A stretch of 30,856 nucleotides of DNA from a virus (taxonomy: Duplodnaviria > Caudoviricetes), in IMG/VR virus record IMGVR_UViG_3300034025_000029, positions 1 through 30,856 of that record. The stretch is one strand, 5' to 3'. Below are positions 7,466 to 16,874 of the stretch, in pieces. The number at the start of each line of letters is the position of its first letter. Position 1 is the stretch's first letter. The notes under the pieces are model-generated. The model saw only the letters and a list, made by a program, of their open reading frames with translations, had not been told where the DNA came from and searched no databases. A program made the position numbers and the translations under genes.

Positions 7466-7947
7466 CCATCGGACCCGTCGACGGGCCGATCGTGTCCGTC
7501 ATCCCAGGCCTCATCGACGCGCTCATCGCACGAGCTGCTGACGCGCTCCCTGACCGGGTCGTGGCGGACGGCTTCCACACCGGGGCGGACGCTGCCGACT
7601 TCCTCGAGGTCGGCGTCGAGGACCCCGACCTGACCGGCTTCACGACCTCCGCTGACTCCGCGCAGTCCTGGGCGCACGCGACCGGGCGCGGACGCGACGA
7701 AGAGGGCGACCTAGCCTGCGCCGCGGTGTCGTGGTCGACCGACGGGGACCCCCGCGCAGCTCGGCAGGCCGCGTTCGAGACCGTCGCCGCGGTGTCCGCG
7801 ATCATCCACGCCGACCCGACGATCGGTGGCGTCCCCGGGTTGCTGTGGACCGTGTTCGGTGCCCGCCTCGAGTACCACCACGGGCAGACTGATGACGGCG
7901 CCGTGGCGCAGGTGCTGTTTCAGATCCACTACCGCGCGAGACTCTGA
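7462..7947 (+). CDS. Tail terminator / head-tail connector-like protein
   Basis: Synteny. AARQAAFETVAAVSAIIHADPTIGG motif typical of actinophage tail completion proteins. GTGA overlap. Confidence 0.65.
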   Translation: MTIGPVDGPIVSVIPGLIDALIARAADALPDRVVADGFHTGADAADFLEVGVEDPDLTGFTTSADSAQSWAHATGRGRDEEGDLACAAVSWSTDGDPRAARQAAFETVAAVSAIIHADPTIGGVPGLLWTVFGARLEYHHGQTDDGAVAQVLFQIHYRARL

Positions 7948-7961
7948 GAGGAAGCAAGCAC

Positions 7962-8450
7962 ATGGGGCGAATCCGGAACGTGTCCGGGGAACGGCTCGAG
8001 GTCCCCGCGATGGGAGCTCGCGTCATCCTGCCGAATCAGGTCGTCGAGGTGTCCGACGACGACGTCTACAGCTACACGCAGCAGACGACGACCTGGGCGC
8101 CCGCCGACGTCGACACCACGACGCTGCACGACGAGGACGAAGCGCGGTACGTCCGGCTGCTCGAGCAGACCGACGACCCGGTCGCGCCGTCGGGCAACGC
8201 GTCCCGCGACGAGTGGGTGACGTACGTCGTCGCTGCTCGGCTCGCATCGGAGGGCGAGCTCGAGGGGCTCGGCAGGGACGCGATCCGCGACCAGTACGGG
8301 CCGGCTGCGTCGGGGCAGCCTGTCGATGCGGAGCCGGCGCCTGTCGGTCCGACGCAGCCGACGAACCTCGCGACCCCCGACAGCGCCCCGGAAGGGGTCG
8401 ACCACACGCCTGAGACCACGATCGACACTGACGGGAGCGTCACGGCATGA
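7962..8450 (+). CDS. Hypothetical acidic protein with small helical (HeH-like) motif
   Basis: GAGG RBS. PSGNASRDEWVTYVVAARLASEGELEGLGRDAIRDQY segment and a low-complexity P/T/D tail. ATGA overlap with tail tube gene. Confidence 0.75.
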   Translation: MGRIRNVSGERLEVPAMGARVILPNQVVEVSDDDVYSYTQQTTTWAPADVDTTTLHDEDEARYVRLLEQTDDPVAPSGNASRDEWVTYVVAARLASEGELEGLGRDAIRDQYGPAASGQPVDAEPAPVGPTQPTNLATPDSAPEGVDHTPETTIDTDGSVTA

Positions 8451-9436
8451 CCGGCTGGAAGGGCTCGCTCGGCATCGGAGCAGAGACGACGTTCGGCACC
8501 TACGCGCCACCGACGCGGTTCCACGAGTTCAATTCGGAGTCGCTCGCGAAGGTGAAGAACACCGTCCAGGGCGGCGGGATCGCAGCCGGCAGGTACGGGC
8601 GCCTGGGGTCGCGCCGGGTGCTGACGACGGAGGGCGCTGCGGGGTCGTTCGCGCTCGAGGTCGCCAATCAGAAAATGGGGCTGTTGTTCTCCCACGCGCT
8701 CGGGTCGTCCGCGGCGCCGGTGCAGCAGGGCGCGACGACGGCCTACCTGCAGACCCACACGGTCAGCGACAACGTCGGGAAGTCGCTGTCGATCCAGAAG
8801 GGCGTACCGGACGCGTCCGGCACCGTCCGGCCCTACACCTTCAAGGGTTGCAAGATCACAGCTATCGAGTTCTCGTGTGAGGTCTCGGGGATGCTGCAGT
8901 GCAGCGTCGAGGTTGACGGGCGGCAGGTGTCGGAGGTCGAGACTCTAGCGGCTGCGTCGCTCCCGACGGGGCTCGCGCCGTTCCACTTCGGGCAGATGTC
9001 GGTCAAGGTCGGCGCGTCCGGGTCGGAGCAGTCGGTGTCGGGTGTGCGGGGGATGAGCCTCCGGATCGCGCGCCCGCAGAACACGGAGCGCTACTACGCC
9101 GGCGCGAACGGCCTCAAGGCCGAGCAGCTGTCGAACGACTTCCCCACGGTGACCGGGTCGTTCTCGACGGACTTCCTCGACAAGACCGTCTTCGCGGACC
9201 GCTACGCGTCCGACGGGTCAGCGTCGCTCGTGTGGGAGTTCATCGGCCCGACCATCGCTGGCGCGTTCCCGCAGACCTTCCGCGTCAAGGTGCCGTTGTT
9301 CTTCCTGAACGAGGGCACCCCCGCGGTCGGTGGGCCCGACATCGTCGCGCCGTCGTTCGGCTTCGAGGGTCAGCTCGACGCAGCCGGCAATCCCCTGGCC
9401 ACGATCGAGTACGTCACCACCGACACGACCCTCTGA
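8447..9436 (+). CDS. Major tail (tube) protein
   Basis: LGIGAETTFGTYAPPTRF, SLSIQKGVP, YTFKGCKITAIEFS and TPAVGGPDIV. 329 aa. Synteny. Confidence 0.9.
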   Translation: MTGWKGSLGIGAETTFGTYAPPTRFHEFNSESLAKVKNTVQGGGIAAGRYGRLGSRRVLTTEGAAGSFALEVANQKMGLLFSHALGSSAAPVQQGATTAYLQTHTVSDNVGKSLSIQKGVPDASGTVRPYTFKGCKITAIEFSCEVSGMLQCSVEVDGRQVSEVETLAAASLPTGLAPFHFGQMSVKVGASGSEQSVSGVRGMSLRIARPQNTERYYAGANGLKAEQLSNDFPTVTGSFSTDFLDKTVFADRYASDGSASLVWEFIGPTIAGAFPQTFRVKVPLFFLNEGTPAVGGPDIVAPSFGFEGQLDAAGNPLATIEYVTTDTTL

Positions 9437-9438
9437 TC

Positions 9439-9900
9439 GTGACCACCCTCGACGTGCAGGGCGCGGAGGACTTCGCGAACCTTGCACGGGCGATCCGCAC
9501 CCACGCGGACCGTCGCGCGCTGCAGAAAGAGCTCTTCTCCGGGCTGCAGCGCGCGACGAAGGGGATCCGGGCGAACATGAAGGGCGCGATCCCGGGGGCT
9601 GTCCCGTCCGGCATGGCAGCACGGGCGGTCAGCGGTGCACGGCTGTCGACGAGGACCCGGGGCGGCGCGAACACCTCCGTCGTGATCGTGGCGTCGTCGA
9701 AGCGCGGGCAGCTCGTGAACATGAACGCGGGTCATCTACGGCACCCCGTCTACGGACACCGTAGTGTGTGGGTCGACCAGACGTCCGGCATCGATCAGGG
9801 ATTCCTCGACAAGGAGTTTTCGCAGGCCTCTCCGGAGGTCCGTCGGGAGCTGGCGCGGGTCATCGACGAAGTCTCCCGAAAGGTCGCTGCCAGCACATGA
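9439..9900 (+). CDS. HK97 gp10-like basic tail/neck component
   Basis: Basic helical protein with GHLRHPVYGHRSVWVDQ motif. GTG 2 nt after the tail tube stop. Confidence 0.7.
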   Translation: MTTLDVQGAEDFANLARAIRTHADRRALQKELFSGLQRATKGIRANMKGAIPGAVPSGMAARAVSGARLSTRTRGGANTSVVIVASSKRGQLVNMNAGHLRHPVYGHRSVWVDQTSGIDQGFLDKEFSQASPEVRRELARVIDEVSRKVAAST

Positions 9901-10223
9901 CTCGAATCACCTTCCAGCCCGAAGGGGCTGACCCGCAGACGTGGTCCTACCAGTGGTCGAAGCTGCTGTCGCCTGAGTGCATCGCTATGGAGCAGGCAAC
10001 CGGCATGGACTACGCGACCGAGCTCGTCCCGGCGCTCGTCCGCGGGAACATGACCGCGCTGACGGCGCTGCTGTGGATCCACCTGCGCCGCGACCAGCCC
10101 GACCTCCGCTTTGATCAGGTGCAGTTCTGCCTCGATGACCTGAAGCTCGAGGACGACGACCCCGTCGAGGCGCCCGTGAAGGGCAAGGGCAAGGATCAGT
10201 CGGGGGAAGCTCCGCGCCGCTGA
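9897..10223 (+). CDS. Tail assembly chaperone (short form)
   Basis: ATGA overlap. Position before tape measure gene. Slippery GGGGGAA near the 3' end. Confidence 0.85.
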   Translation: MTRITFQPEGADPQTWSYQWSKLLSPECIAMEQATGMDYATELVPALVRGNMTALTALLWIHLRRDQPDLRFDQVQFCLDDLKLEDDDPVEAPVKGKGKDQSGEAPRR

Positions 10224-10384
10224 CCCACACGGCGAAGCGGCGTCGGTACGAATGGGCGTTCGCCCACCTCCTGCACTGTCCTCCCCCGATGCTTGATCAA
10301 CTCACGCTCGACCAGTTCGACCGCGGGTGCGCCTACATCGACGAGCAGAACAAGCAACCGGACGGAGGTCTGACGGGTGGCTGA
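9897..10384 (+). CDS. Tail assembly chaperone, -1 frameshifted long form
   Basis: TCG GGG GAA at 10200-10208. The -1 frame reads SSAPLTHTAKRRRYEWAFAHLLHCPPPMLDQLTLDQFDRGCAYIDEQNKQPDGGLTGG to TGA 10382-10384, overlapping the tape measure start. Confidence 0.8.
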
Positions 10385-12776
10385 CTCGACCCTCTCGTTC
10401 ACACTGCTGGCCCGCGACCAGGCGTCGTCGCAGTTCGACCACCTCGCGTCGTCTGTCGACCGCAGCGGCGACAGCGTGTCGAAGTGGGGTGACCGGGCCC
10501 GGACCGCGATGCGCGTCGGCGCGGTCGCGCTGGCCGGCGGTCTGGCGCTCGTCGCGAAGGGCGCTGTCGACGCGGCCCGAGCAGCTGCTGAAGACGAGGC
10601 GTCGCAGGTCAAGCTCGCGACGGTGTCGCGGAACGCTGCGGACGCGACGCAGGCGCAGGTGTCGGCGCAGGAGGACTGGATCAGCGCGCAGGGCCGCGCG
10701 CTCGGGGTCGCTGACGACGAGCTCCGTCCGGCGCTTGGCCGGCTGATCGCGACGACCCACGACCTCGGCGAGGCGCAGGACACCGCGGCGCTCGCGATGG
10801 ATATCTCAGCGGGCACCGGGCGGTCGCTGAAGTCCGTCACCGACGCGCTGGCGAAGGCGCAGAACGGCAGCCTCGGCGGGCTGTCGCGGTTGGGCGTGCA
10901 GATCGAGAACAACGACGGCTCGACCCGGTCGCTGCGGGACATCACACAGGAGCTGGCCAGCACCTACCGCGGGGCGGCGTCGGACGCTGCCGACACCGCG
11001 CAGGGCAGGTTCGAGCGGATGCAGCTCGCGCTCGACGAGACGAAGGAAGCGATCGGCGCTCGGCTGCTCCCGATCATGGGGACAATGGCCGACTTCGTCC
11101 TGACGAACGTCATCCCCCGGGTCGACTCGTTCGTGTCGGGCATGGAAGACGGCACCGGCGCCGGCGGGCAGTTCGCCGACATGCTCGGCAAGGCCCGGGA
11201 CGCAGCCGGCGACTTCGCGCGGGTCGGCGGCGGCTTCGTCGACATCGTCGAGGCTGTCCCCGGCCCGCTGCGGTCCGCGGGCATCGAGTCCGCTGCTATG
11301 GCCGGCGCGGTCGCTCTGATCGCACCTCGAGCTACCGCTGCCGTCGCAGCAGTGACGGCGCTGACGGCGTCCTCCGGTGGTCTCGTCGCGACGCAGGCAC
11401 GCCTCGCAACCCTCATGCGTGGCGGCGCTGCAGCGGTCGGCGTCGGGGCGATCGCGCTCGGGAACATGATCGACACGTCGAACGAGACCGGTCGCGCGCT
11501 GTCGACCCTCGCGAACGTCGGTGGTGGCGCGCTGCTCGGCTTCGCGGTGGGCGGTCCGGTCGGCGCTGCGGTCGGCGGGCTGGCCGGCGTGATGACGACC
11601 CTCATGTCGTCGAACGACGAGACCGCGGCGTCGTTCTGGCGGAACCGCGACGCGGCGGACAGCTTCGCCGACACCCTCGATCAGACGACCGGCGCGGTCA
11701 CACAGCAGACCCGGCAGCAAGTGCTGCTGTCGCTGCAAAACCGCAACCTGATCGACGAGTCGAACACCCTCGGGATCCGCACCCGTGACCTGATCAGCGC
11801 TGTCCTCGGAGAAGAGGACGCGGTCGGGAGGGTCGGGCAGGCGATGCGCCGCGGCCAGCGCGGAACCGGCGACATGGTCAACGCGTCGTCCGCGCTGCAG
11901 CTCGCGCTGTTCGGCGTGGAGGGTCAGATGGACGCGACCGGGCGGAAGGGTGTCGGCCTGTCGGACGACTTCCGGAAGCAGCAGCGGGAGGTGCGCCGCA
12001 ACGCTGACGCGGTCGCAACGTGGCGCGAGGCGCTCGCCGGCGTCCCGAAGGAAGTCCGGACGACCCTGCGCAACATGGGCTACCAGGCGACCCGGAAGGA
12101 AGTCGAAGAGCTCCGCCGGCAGTACGACCTCACCCCGAAGCAGGTCCGGACGATCCTGCAGGCGCTCAACGTCGACGGCACGCGCCGCGACCTCGGGAAG
12201 GTGCAGGGTGACGCCGACAAGCTCGACCGGACCCGTCCGAAGCCGCTAGTCGAGCTGCTCGGCCTGGCCGGTGTCGAGCGGACGAAGGGCGCTGTTCAGC
12301 GGAACCTCGTCGAGCTCGACCGGGCGCACGCCACCCCGACCGTCACCGTCAACGCGGCGTCCGCGCTGTCGAACCTCCGCAGCATCCTCGGGAACCTCTC
12401 CCTGATCCGCGACAAGTCCGTCACGATCACCACCTACCACCGGGACTACGGGCGGCAAGGCATCGGGGATCAGGTCGGGACGAACGCGGAGGGCACTGGC
12501 AACTGGCGGGGCGGTCGGACGTGGGTCGGTGAGCACGGCCCCGAGATTGTCGAGCTCCCCCGGGGGACGCGGATCCGCAACGCCACAGAGTCGGCGAAGA
12601 TGGTCGCGGAGCAACAGGTGCAGGCCTCATCGTCGGGCGCGTCGGTCGTCGTGAACATGCCTGTTCAGGTGACGGTCGACGGGTCACGCGGGGTCGACTT
12701 CGCGGTCGACGAGCTCATCCGCGCGCTCCGTGCACGGCGCCGGGAGCTCGGCGGGGTCCCGCTGGGGATCGGCTGA
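10377..12776 (+). CDS. Tape measure protein
   Basis: 799 aa, Ala/Gly-rich and helical. LSFTLLARDQAS start, hydrophobic GGPVGAAVGG segment and C-terminal AEGT...WVGEHGPEIV motif. Confidence 0.95.
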   Translation: MADSTLSFTLLARDQASSQFDHLASSVDRSGDSVSKWGDRARTAMRVGAVALAGGLALVAKGAVDAARAAAEDEASQVKLATVSRNAADATQAQVSAQEDWISAQGRALGVADDELRPALGRLIATTHDLGEAQDTAALAMDISAGTGRSLKSVTDALAKAQNGSLGGLSRLGVQIENNDGSTRSLRDITQELASTYRGAASDAADTAQGRFERMQLALDETKEAIGARLLPIMGTMADFVLTNVIPRVDSFVSGMEDGTGAGGQFADMLGKARDAAGDFARVGGGFVDIVEAVPGPLRSAGIESAAMAGAVALIAPRATAAVAAVTALTASSGGLVATQARLATLMRGGAAAVGVGAIALGNMIDTSNETGRALSTLANVGGGALLGFAVGGPVGAAVGGLAGVMTTLMSSNDETAASFWRNRDAADSFADTLDQTTGAVTQQTRQQVLLSLQNRNLIDESNTLGIRTRDLISAVLGEEDAVGRVGQAMRRGQRGTGDMVNASSALQLALFGVEGQMDATGRKGVGLSDDFRKQQREVRRNADAVATWREALAGVPKEVRTTLRNMGYQATRKEVEELRRQYDLTPKQVRTILQALNVDGTRRDLGKVQGDADKLDRTRPKPLVELLGLAGVERTKGAVQRNLVELDRAHATPTVTVNAASALSNLRSILGNLSLIRDKSVTITTYHRDYGRQGIGDQVGTNAEGTGNWRGGRTWVGEHGPEIVELPRGTRIRNATESAKMVAEQQVQASSSGASVVVNMPVQVTVDGSRGVDFAVDELIRALRARRRELGGVPLGIG

Positions 12777-12777
12777 C

Positions 12778-14748
12778 ATGGCGACGCTCCCGCAACTGAT
12801 CCCGTTCACCGTCGCGGACGCCGACCAGTCGACGACCCGCACCTCGGACGGGCCGCGCCCGCTGCTGACGGTGCTGCTCGACGACGGGTCCGACACCTTC
12901 CCCTACGACGTGACGCGGTTCGTGAACCTCCGGGCAGGGGTGTCGATCACCCGTGGTCGCCCGGACGAACGGCAGAGCGTCGAGGCCTCCACCCTGCGTC
13001 TGCAGCTCGACAACACCGACGGGCGCTTCACTGCCGGCGGGACCTCCCCCTATGCGGTGTACGTCGATCAGAAGATCCGCGTCACCGCGACGAAGGGCTC
13101 GAGGACGTCGGTCCGCTTCACAGGGTTTGTGCAGTCCTGGCCGACGCAGTGGGACACCCCGACGGGGTCTTACGCGATCGCGCAGGTCACCGCGACGGAC
13201 CGCTTCCCCAGGCTCGCGAGGCACATCCTGCGACCGGTGCAGGTCGAAGAGACCTTGCTCGACGAGCCGATCGCGTTCTGGCCGATGTGGGAGGAAGACG
13301 GCGCGACGTCCGCCGGCGACGTGTCCGGCAACCGGCAAGGCACCCTCGCCGCTGTCGGGGACGAGTCGGAACGGGTCGACGGCGAAAAGAAGGACCTCCG
13401 GGTGCACTTCGGCGACGACCACGAGTCGCGCCAGCTCGAGACCGGTGTCCGCCTCGTCAACGGCGGGCAGGTCCTGCGTGGCCGGCTGAACAAGGCGCTC
13501 ACCTCCGAAGCGCTGACCCTGTCGTTCTTCCTCCGCACAGGGGCCAAGCCGACGACGAACGCGAAGGTCCTCGACCTCGACTTCCTGACCGTCAACGTCG
13601 ACGCACTCGGCGTCGTCCTCGTGCAGTGCGTCGGGGTCGCTGACACCTATTCGGAGTACGCCGTGAACGACGGCGACCCTCACCACGTCGCGGTCCGGGT
13701 GTCGAGCTCGGGGACGGTCGTCCGCAAGGTCGACGTCTTCATCGACGGGCAGCCTCCCCTCATCACGGGGAAGGGACGCGACCGGGAGGACCCGGAGCGG
13801 GCCCGGGTGTTGCAGGTCGGCGGGCACGACTTCACGGGGACGGTGTCACACCTCGCGCTGTGGGACACCTCGCTCGACGACGCCACGATCAAGCGGCACT
13901 CCGACCTCGCGCTCGCGAACATCACGGCTAAGGAGACGCCAGGGGCGCGGCTGGCGCGGCTGGCGTCATACGCCGGGATCAGCCGGACAGCGACCGCGAC
14001 GTCAGCGATCCCGCAGACGTTGCCCTTCACGATCGGCGCCGGCGAACCGGGGCTCGCGGTCGAGGTCATGACGACGCGGCGGGTGGCGTTCCAGCAGCTC
14101 GGCGGGAAGGACATGCTGTCCGCGGCCCGCGAGCTCGAGGCCGCGGAAGACGGCTTGCTCTTCGTCTCAGGGACCGGCGCGATCACCCTCTTCAACCGTC
14201 GACACCGCGTGTTCCGCGCAGCCGGCACCCCACAGGTCACGGTGTCCGTCGACAAGCTCATCGGACGCGACCTCACCTTCGTCAACGATCCGCAGTTCCT
14301 GATCAATCAGGCCTCCGGGTCGTCGTGGCGCGGCGGGGTGCAGACGATCCGCGACCAACGCTCCGTCGACCGGCACGAGCTGTACCCCGCGGAGCTCGGC
14401 GAGCTGCTCGTCGACTCTGACCGGGACGTGCAGTCGCGGCTGCGGTTCCTCGTCGCGACCTACAAAGAGCCGATCCCCCGTGCGTCCGCTGTCCCCCTCG
14501 ACCTCCTGACGGTCGACGTCCCGACGCAACAGGCCGCGATGGGCCTCGAGCTGCTCGACCTCGTCCGGGTCACGAACCTCCCCACGCAGGCGCCGTCGAC
14601 GTCGGTCGACTTGCTCGTCGAGGGGTGGCAGGAAGAGTTCACCGACGCGTCGTGGTCGATGACGCTCAACACGTCGCCGGCGGCGCCGTCCCGCGCTTGG
14701 GTGCTCGGGCAGGGCACACTCGGCGGGACCGCCCGACTCGGGTACTGA
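12778..14748 (+). CDS. Minor tail / baseplate hub protein with central LamG (concanavalin-like) domain
   Basis: VSITRGR...LQLDNTDGRFT N-terminus, PIAFWPM...VNDGDPHHVAV...FTGTVSHLALWD LamG signature, and LELLDLVRV...VEGWQEEF C-terminus. Confidence 0.85.
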   Translation: MATLPQLIPFTVADADQSTTRTSDGPRPLLTVLLDDGSDTFPYDVTRFVNLRAGVSITRGRPDERQSVEASTLRLQLDNTDGRFTAGGTSPYAVYVDQKIRVTATKGSRTSVRFTGFVQSWPTQWDTPTGSYAIAQVTATDRFPRLARHILRPVQVEETLLDEPIAFWPMWEEDGATSAGDVSGNRQGTLAAVGDESERVDGEKKDLRVHFGDDHESRQLETGVRLVNGGQVLRGRLNKALTSEALTLSFFLRTGAKPTTNAKVLDLDFLTVNVDALGVVLVQCVGVADTYSEYAVNDGDPHHVAVRVSSSGTVVRKVDVFIDGQPPLITGKGRDREDPERARVLQVGGHDFTGTVSHLALWDTSLDDATIKRHSDLALANITAKETPGARLARLASYAGISRTATATSAIPQTLPFTIGAGEPGLAVEVMTTRRVAFQQLGGKDMLSAARELEAAEDGLLFVSGTGAITLFNRRHRVFRAAGTPQVTVSVDKLIGRDLTFVNDPQFLINQASGSSWRGGVQTIRDQRSVDRHELYPAELGELLVDSDRDVQSRLRFLVATYKEPIPRASAVPLDLLTVDVPTQQAAMGLELLDLVRVTNLPTQAPSTSVDLLVEGWQEEFTDASWSMTLNTSPAAPSRAWVLGQGTLGGTARLGY

Positions 14749-14763
14749 CGAAGGGGACACCCT

Positions 14764-15303
14764 GTGAGCTTGAATAGCACGCCGCGGACATGGGTCGAAG
14801 GTGAGATTGTCACCGCCGACATGCTGAACGCGGAGGTCCGCGACCCGCTCGACGCGTTACAAGACGTGTGGGACACCTACGCGCCGACATGGACTGCGTC
14901 GGTCACCGCACCGAAGCTCGGGAACGGGACCCTGTCGGGGCGCTTCCTCCGGGTCGGGCAGACCGTCGACGTCCGCATCTTCCTGAAATTCGGGTCGACC
15001 ACCGACTCCGGGTCGGGAAACCTCCGCTTCAGCCTGCCGGTGGCAGCGAAGACCGGGATCGGGTCAATCCTGCACGTCGCGATCCACATCGCGTCCTTCA
15101 CGCAGCTGAACGACGTCATGGGCATCACAGCCCCACTCGGGTCGGTGTCGGGCAGCTCGAGCACGGGCCCCCTGCTCGTCGCCCGGAACAGTTCGACGAA
15201 CGGTGGCGACCTCGAGCAGCTCGGCGCCAACTACGACGCCGGCGCCGACCCTTGGTCAACCGACGACTACATCGCAGTCTTCGGACGTTACGAAGCCGCA
15301 TAG
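14764..15303 (+). CDS. Minor tail protein
   Basis: TPRTWVEGEIVTADMLNAEVRD N-terminal motif, then WDTYAPTWTA...LGNGTLSGRF...FSLPV receptor-binding-type beta domain. Confidence 0.85.
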   Translation: MSLNSTPRTWVEGEIVTADMLNAEVRDPLDALQDVWDTYAPTWTASVTAPKLGNGTLSGRFLRVGQTVDVRIFLKFGSTTDSGSGNLRFSLPVAAKTGIGSILHVAIHIASFTQLNDVMGITAPLGSVSGSSSTGPLLVARNSSTNGGDLEQLGANYDAGADPWSTDDYIAVFGRYEAA

Positions 15304-15317
15304 GAGGCTCCCGAACA

Positions 15318-16874
15318 ATGGCGACATACAGCAAGCAAACGTGGACGGACGGCGTCACACAGGCCAACGCAGCGCGCATGAGCCACATCGAGGACGGCAT
15401 CGCAGCCGCGCAAGCCTCGGCGGACGCGCTCGGGACGTCGTCGACGAACGGGACACCGAACACCGTCGCGAAGTACGACGCGGAGGGCAACCTGAAGGCC
15501 GCGGCAGCGGTCGACCCGACGGACGTCACGATCCTGTCTCAGGTGCAATCGATGGTCGCCGGCGGTGTCGGGTCCGGTGGGACCGGGACAGGGGTCCTCG
15601 ACCTCGCCTCGGCGACCGCGACGACGGGCCAGCTCGACGCGACGACGAAGCTCGCGAACCTGCAGGACGCGGTCGAGGCCTTCAGCAACCCCCAGGCTGA
15701 CCCCGTCGGAGGGTCCCTCGCCGAGCGGCGCCCGACCGGGGCGCTGACCGGCGCGCAGGCCACGAACACCGACGAGCTCGTCCCGCTCGCGCAGGTCCGC
15801 GACCTGATCGGCGCGGGTGGTGGCACCGGTGGCACAGCCGGTGGGACGTCCGCGCCGAAGGTGAAGACGGGGCTCCCGCTGTCGTCGACGACCGACGGGA
15901 CCTTCAAGGCCGCGCCGGCAGAGCTCGGGACCAGCGGCCTGAAGACCGGGGACCGGGTCCGATGCTTCCTGTGGGTCGCGTACCGGGGTGTGGCCGCGGC
16001 GGGGATCAAGTGGCGGATCGCGCAGTCCGCGGTCGCGCTGACGAACCGCCTGACGAACGGCGACTTCAACAGCGATATCACGGGGTGGCGGGTGTCGGCG
16101 ATCGCGACCCTCACCAGGGACACCGCGACCGTGAAGAGCGGGGCAGGCAGCCTGAAGGTCACCGTCAACACCGCCGGCAACGTGTCCGTCTGGTCGGAGT
16201 ACGTCGCCTGCGAACCGGGCGACGTCTACTCCGCGGCGATCCAGTGCCGGCGCGGAACCGCGACCGCGCGCACCGTCCGCTGCGACATCAGCTTCGGCGC
16301 CCCGGACGCAACTGACGCGCAGGGCGTGACCGGTGTGGTCTCGTCCCCGCTCGGCGAGCCGCTGACACCGACGACGACGGGTTGGACCCGTCTGATCCGC
16401 GACTCCGCGCACGTCTCAGGCGCTGTCACGGGGTCCGCTGCGGCACCTGCCGGCACGGGGAAGGTCCGCCTCCGGATGCAGATCCTGAACGCCGCTGTCG
16501 GCGACGTCTTCTACTTCGACGAGGCGCAGCTCGAGCCGGGTGACCCGATCGTGGCGTACGGCAACACCGGTGGCGGCGCGTCGGCGCTGTCGGTGCAGGG
16601 CGACGCGGAGGCGTACCCCGCGACCGGCACGATCACGGCTGCCACGACCCCGCGGGTCCCGACGGTCATCGCCTCGGCAGCTGATGTCGTCAGCGCGCAG
16701 GCGATCAGCGCGACCGTGTCCGCCTCGATGGTGTGGGCGGTCGACGTCGAGGTCGGCGGGACCGGCCTCGTCGATCAGGCGGTCGGCTTCGAGTTCGCGC
16801 AGCTCGCCGCGAACGCGACCGCTACGACCATCGTCGCCGCACACGCGACCTGGGCGAAGGCAGCCGCCGCGTGA
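15318..16874 (+). CDS. Tail fibre / receptor-binding protein with carbohydrate-binding-module-like domain
   Basis: AGGAGG RBS, YSKQTWTDG...NAARMSHIEDGI anchor motif, Gly linkers and a NRLTNGDFNSDITGW...FYFDEAQLE CBM4/9-like sandwich. Confidence 0.8.
   Translation: MATYSKQTWTDGVTQANAARMSHIEDGIAAAQASADALGTSSTNGTPNTVAKYDAEGNLKAAAAVDPTDVTILSQVQSMVAGGVGSGGTGTGVLDLASATATTGQLDATTKLANLQDAVEAFSNPQADPVGGSLAERRPTGALTGAQATNTDELVPLAQVRDLIGAGGGTGGTAGGTSAPKVKTGLPLSSTTDGTFKAAPAELGTSGLKTGDRVRCFLWVAYRGVAAAGIKWRIAQSAVALTNRLTNGDFNSDITGWRVSAIATLTRDTATVKSGAGSLKVTVNTAGNVSVWSEYVACEPGDVYSAAIQCRRGTATARTVRCDISFGAPDATDAQGVTGVVSSPLGEPLTPTTTGWTRLIRDSAHVSGAVTGSAAAPAGTGKVRLRMQILNAAVGDVFYFDEAQLEPGDPIVAYGNTGGGASALSVQGDAEAYPATGTITAATTPRVPTVIASAADVVSAQAISATVSASMVWAVDVEVGGTGLVDQAVGFEFAQLAANATATTIVAAHATWAKAAAA

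Noticed and set aside
14868-15317. Long N-terminal extensions in the ORF track (e.g. 14868, 16733, 18645, 4139, 26745, 9232)
   Set aside because: They overlap upstream genes. Downstream starts with an RBS or 4-nt stop/start overlaps fit better.
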